Below, piece by piece: positions 62,419-64,000 of a stretch of DNA of 64,000 nucleotides. Location: positions 66,096-130,095 of the forward strand of contig CAZVTA010000002.1 in the NCBI GenBank assembly GCA_964629815.1. Reading direction: 5' to 3'. Source of the DNA: an uncultured Candidatus Saccharibacteria bacterium (GTDB taxonomy: Bacteria; Patescibacteriota; Saccharimonadia; Saccharimonadales; AWTP1-31). Numbering within the stretch: position 1 is the stretch's first letter; each line of letters opens with the position of its first letter. Position numbers and translations under genes: made by a program. Below the pieces are notes generated by a model. That model was not told where the DNA came from. It saw only the letters and a program-made list of their open reading frames with translations, and made no database searches.

Positions 62419-63975
62419 ATGAAAAAATCTTTCCACTTAAAAGGGCGGGGTTGGGTTGCAAAAGCACTTCTCTTACTTGTGACCTTATCTTGGGTATTGA
62501 ATGCTGGTCATAACGGAGTTGCGCTTGCATCAACCGACTCATTACTTGCGGAAGCATCAATTCTATTGAAATATTCAGCCTTACCCACAGATTGGAGCGA
62601 TGGTGATGACTGGGTTAATAGTGGGGCTGCAGGATCAGCACTTAACGCAAAAAGCTCAGCTACTTCTAGTAATGCTCATAATCAGAAGACTGCGGTTGAA
62701 TACGTTACGGCGAGTAATTCATCTCCAGCAGGGCTGAGGACTAATTTCCCCCCGGACCATGTGGCCTACTACGGCCTATACATACCGAATTCACAATACT
62801 TTGATATACCCGATACAGGTGGTGTTACAGTAATGGCCGATATTACCCCCCTTAACCCAAACTTGACAGCTAAGATAGCCTATAACTACCCGTTGTCTGA
62901 CTTGCCTTTAAGTGGTAGGGGTTGGGTTATGGAAAACGTAGTCGGAGTGCCAAACGGCAATCTAATAACCGCAAGTAATTACATTCCTCAAGGCAGTAGC
63001 GGCCTAGAGCATCCAGAGGGTTTTGCGGCTGCACTTTATCCTAAGCTCCTGCCAGAACGACAGACGGTAGCTTTTCGATTTGATCGTGATGCAAAAACCT
63101 GGCATATATTTAAGAATGGCACAAACGTTACAGGTGTCTCTGGTTTAGGGGGTGTGCCGGAAGGTTTTGACAGTGTTCTTAGCGAGGGAGATTTATTATT
63201 TGGTCCAGGTTATATCATGCATAATTTCGTCGTCATTAATCGCGCCATTAGCGACTCCGAGATGTCTCAGTTAAACAGCCTGTTAAATGATGAGACATGC
63301 GTGTTAGCTTCATTACACAGCAAAGACTGCGACGTAGATCGAGACGGGGCATCGGACTATGATGAGTCTCAGGGCTCAAACAATGGTGATATTAATGACG
63401 ATGGTATTCCAGACAAAGACCAACCCCATGTCGTCTCGTATGGCTATTCCGGCAAAAGGCTTTCCATGATTGCGCCTATCGATCTAAAAATTACCGATTT
63501 GCAAACTAATGAGCTGCCAAGCCAAGTAGTGTCAAACGCTGATTACGACTTTCCTTTCGGCAGTACAAAATTTTCCGCAAGGGTTGTTCCGGGCTCAAGT
63601 AAAAGTTTTAGTATATATTTCTTGACCGATTTAGCGACCGACAAAGTGTTTCCCAAGAAGGTAAACAACAATAGCGGAGCCATCTCTCAACTTAGTAACG
63701 CAACAGTTAACGAAACAATAATCGGAACCGATAGATATATAAAAGTTGACTACATGGTTACCGATGGGGGCCTGAATGACGAGGACAATGAAATTAACGG
63801 AATCATAATAGATCCTGTAGTGCTAGCCGTAACCAAGAATGTGTCTACAAAAGACAACAACCTAGCCAACACCGGCCAAAACGGTAAACCATTGGTCACC
63901 ATAGCAAGCCTAGCGATTGTCGGTGGTATTGGTAGTCTGTTTGTTATACGTCGTCAGACTAAAGCAAAAAGGTAG
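62419..63975 (+). CDS. secreted LamG/ConA-like lectin-fold surface protein with Asp-rich Ca-binding-like segment and C-terminal LANTG sorting signal
   Basis: Signal peptide, then a LamG-like tail (LLFGPGYIMHNFVVINRAISDSEMSQL). DCDVDRDGASDYDE...NDDGIPDKDQ follows. Ends LANTG + TM + RRQTKAKR. The start is 1 nt after the upstream stop. Confidence 0.75.
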   Translation: MKKSFHLKGRGWVAKALLLLVTLSWVLNAGHNGVALASTDSLLAEASILLKYSALPTDWSDGDDWVNSGAAGSALNAKSSATSSNAHNQKTAVEYVTASNSSPAGLRTNFPPDHVAYYGLYIPNSQYFDIPDTGGVTVMADITPLNPNLTAKIAYNYPLSDLPLSGRGWVMENVVGVPNGNLITASNYIPQGSSGLEHPEGFAAALYPKLLPERQTVAFRFDRDAKTWHIFKNGTNVTGVSGLGGVPEGFDSVLSEGDLLFGPGYIMHNFVVINRAISDSEMSQLNSLLNDETCVLASLHSKDCDVDRDGASDYDESQGSNNGDINDDGIPDKDQPHVVSYGYSGKRLSMIAPIDLKITDLQTNELPSQVVSNADYDFPFGSTKFSARVVPGSSKSFSIYFLTDLATDKVFPKKVNNNSGAISQLSNATVNETIIGTDRYIKVDYMVTDGGLNDEDNEINGIIIDPVVLAVTKNVSTKDNNLANTGQNGKPLVTIASLAIVGGIGSLFVIRRQTKAKR

Positions 63976-64000
63976 TAAATAGTGACTGTAAGTAGGCGCA

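Noticed and set aside
1-64000. CRISPR arrays, rRNA operons, alternative genetic code (UGA recoding) and recognisable defence or secretion systems.
   Set aside because: - **CRISPR:** no regularly spaced direct repeats were seen in any intergenic region.
- **rRNA:** no rRNA-like sequence is present.
- **Genetic code:** TGA clearly terminates genes, for example the sigma-factor stop within ATGA at 19804-19807. Conserved proteins are uninterrupted under the standard code.
- **Defence or secretion:** no Cas, restriction, Abi, retron or secretion-ATPase signatures were recognised.

Overview
Gene-dense bacterial chromosome segment with about 75 CDS and 2 tRNAs. Most genes lie on the minus strand and are joined by short gaps or ATGA/TAATG overlaps. 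TGA, TAA and TAG all terminate ORFs, so this is the standard bacterial code. Several traits suggest a Patescibacteria/CPR, Saccharibacteria-like genome; this is inference only, since no search was possible. The traits are many small acidic, proline-rich or N-terminally anchored orphan proteins, trimmed enzymes, CIRCE-controlled groESL and Gram-positive-type sortase signals.

Recognisable content, left to right:
- ftsK, RNase J, a family-4-like UDG, pnp, rpsO, truB, a degenerate NrnA/DHH-like protein, rpsT, holA, an HD-domain protein, fpg and a DciA-like ORF.
- A minus-strand array dnaG-rpoD-kinase-second sigma70-polA-NADAR.
- orn, a nitroreductase/HxlR pair, msrB, mscL, an AlkD-like protein and argS.
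- An overlapping lipid head-group operon: CDP-alcohol phosphatidyltransferase, PHP phosphoesterase and an archaeal-type CarS homologue.
- PGI/PMI, groESL with tandem CIRCE, an orphan block with AlkB-like and amidinotransferase-fold genes, a short-N-terminus MurE-like ligase, tsaD and valS.
- An XRE-HAD fusion, HIT, tRNA-Ser(CGA) and tRNA-Arg(GCG).
- A terminal accessory stretch with an IS1595-type transposase, a replication-relaxation-like wHTH protein and two L[AV]NTG-anchored surface proteins.

No CRISPR array, rRNA or recognisable defence system was found. The most interesting signals are:
- the CarS-containing operon;
- three enzymes that have lost catalytic or metal-ligand residues (DHH-like protein, DnaG zinc ribbon, UDG Fe-S ligands);
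- a genomically encoded tRNA-Arg(GCG);
- an unclassified structured region bracketed by two hairpins;
- the mobile/surface-protein region at the right edge.

All family assignments come from motif reading by eye and need HMM or BLAST confirmation.
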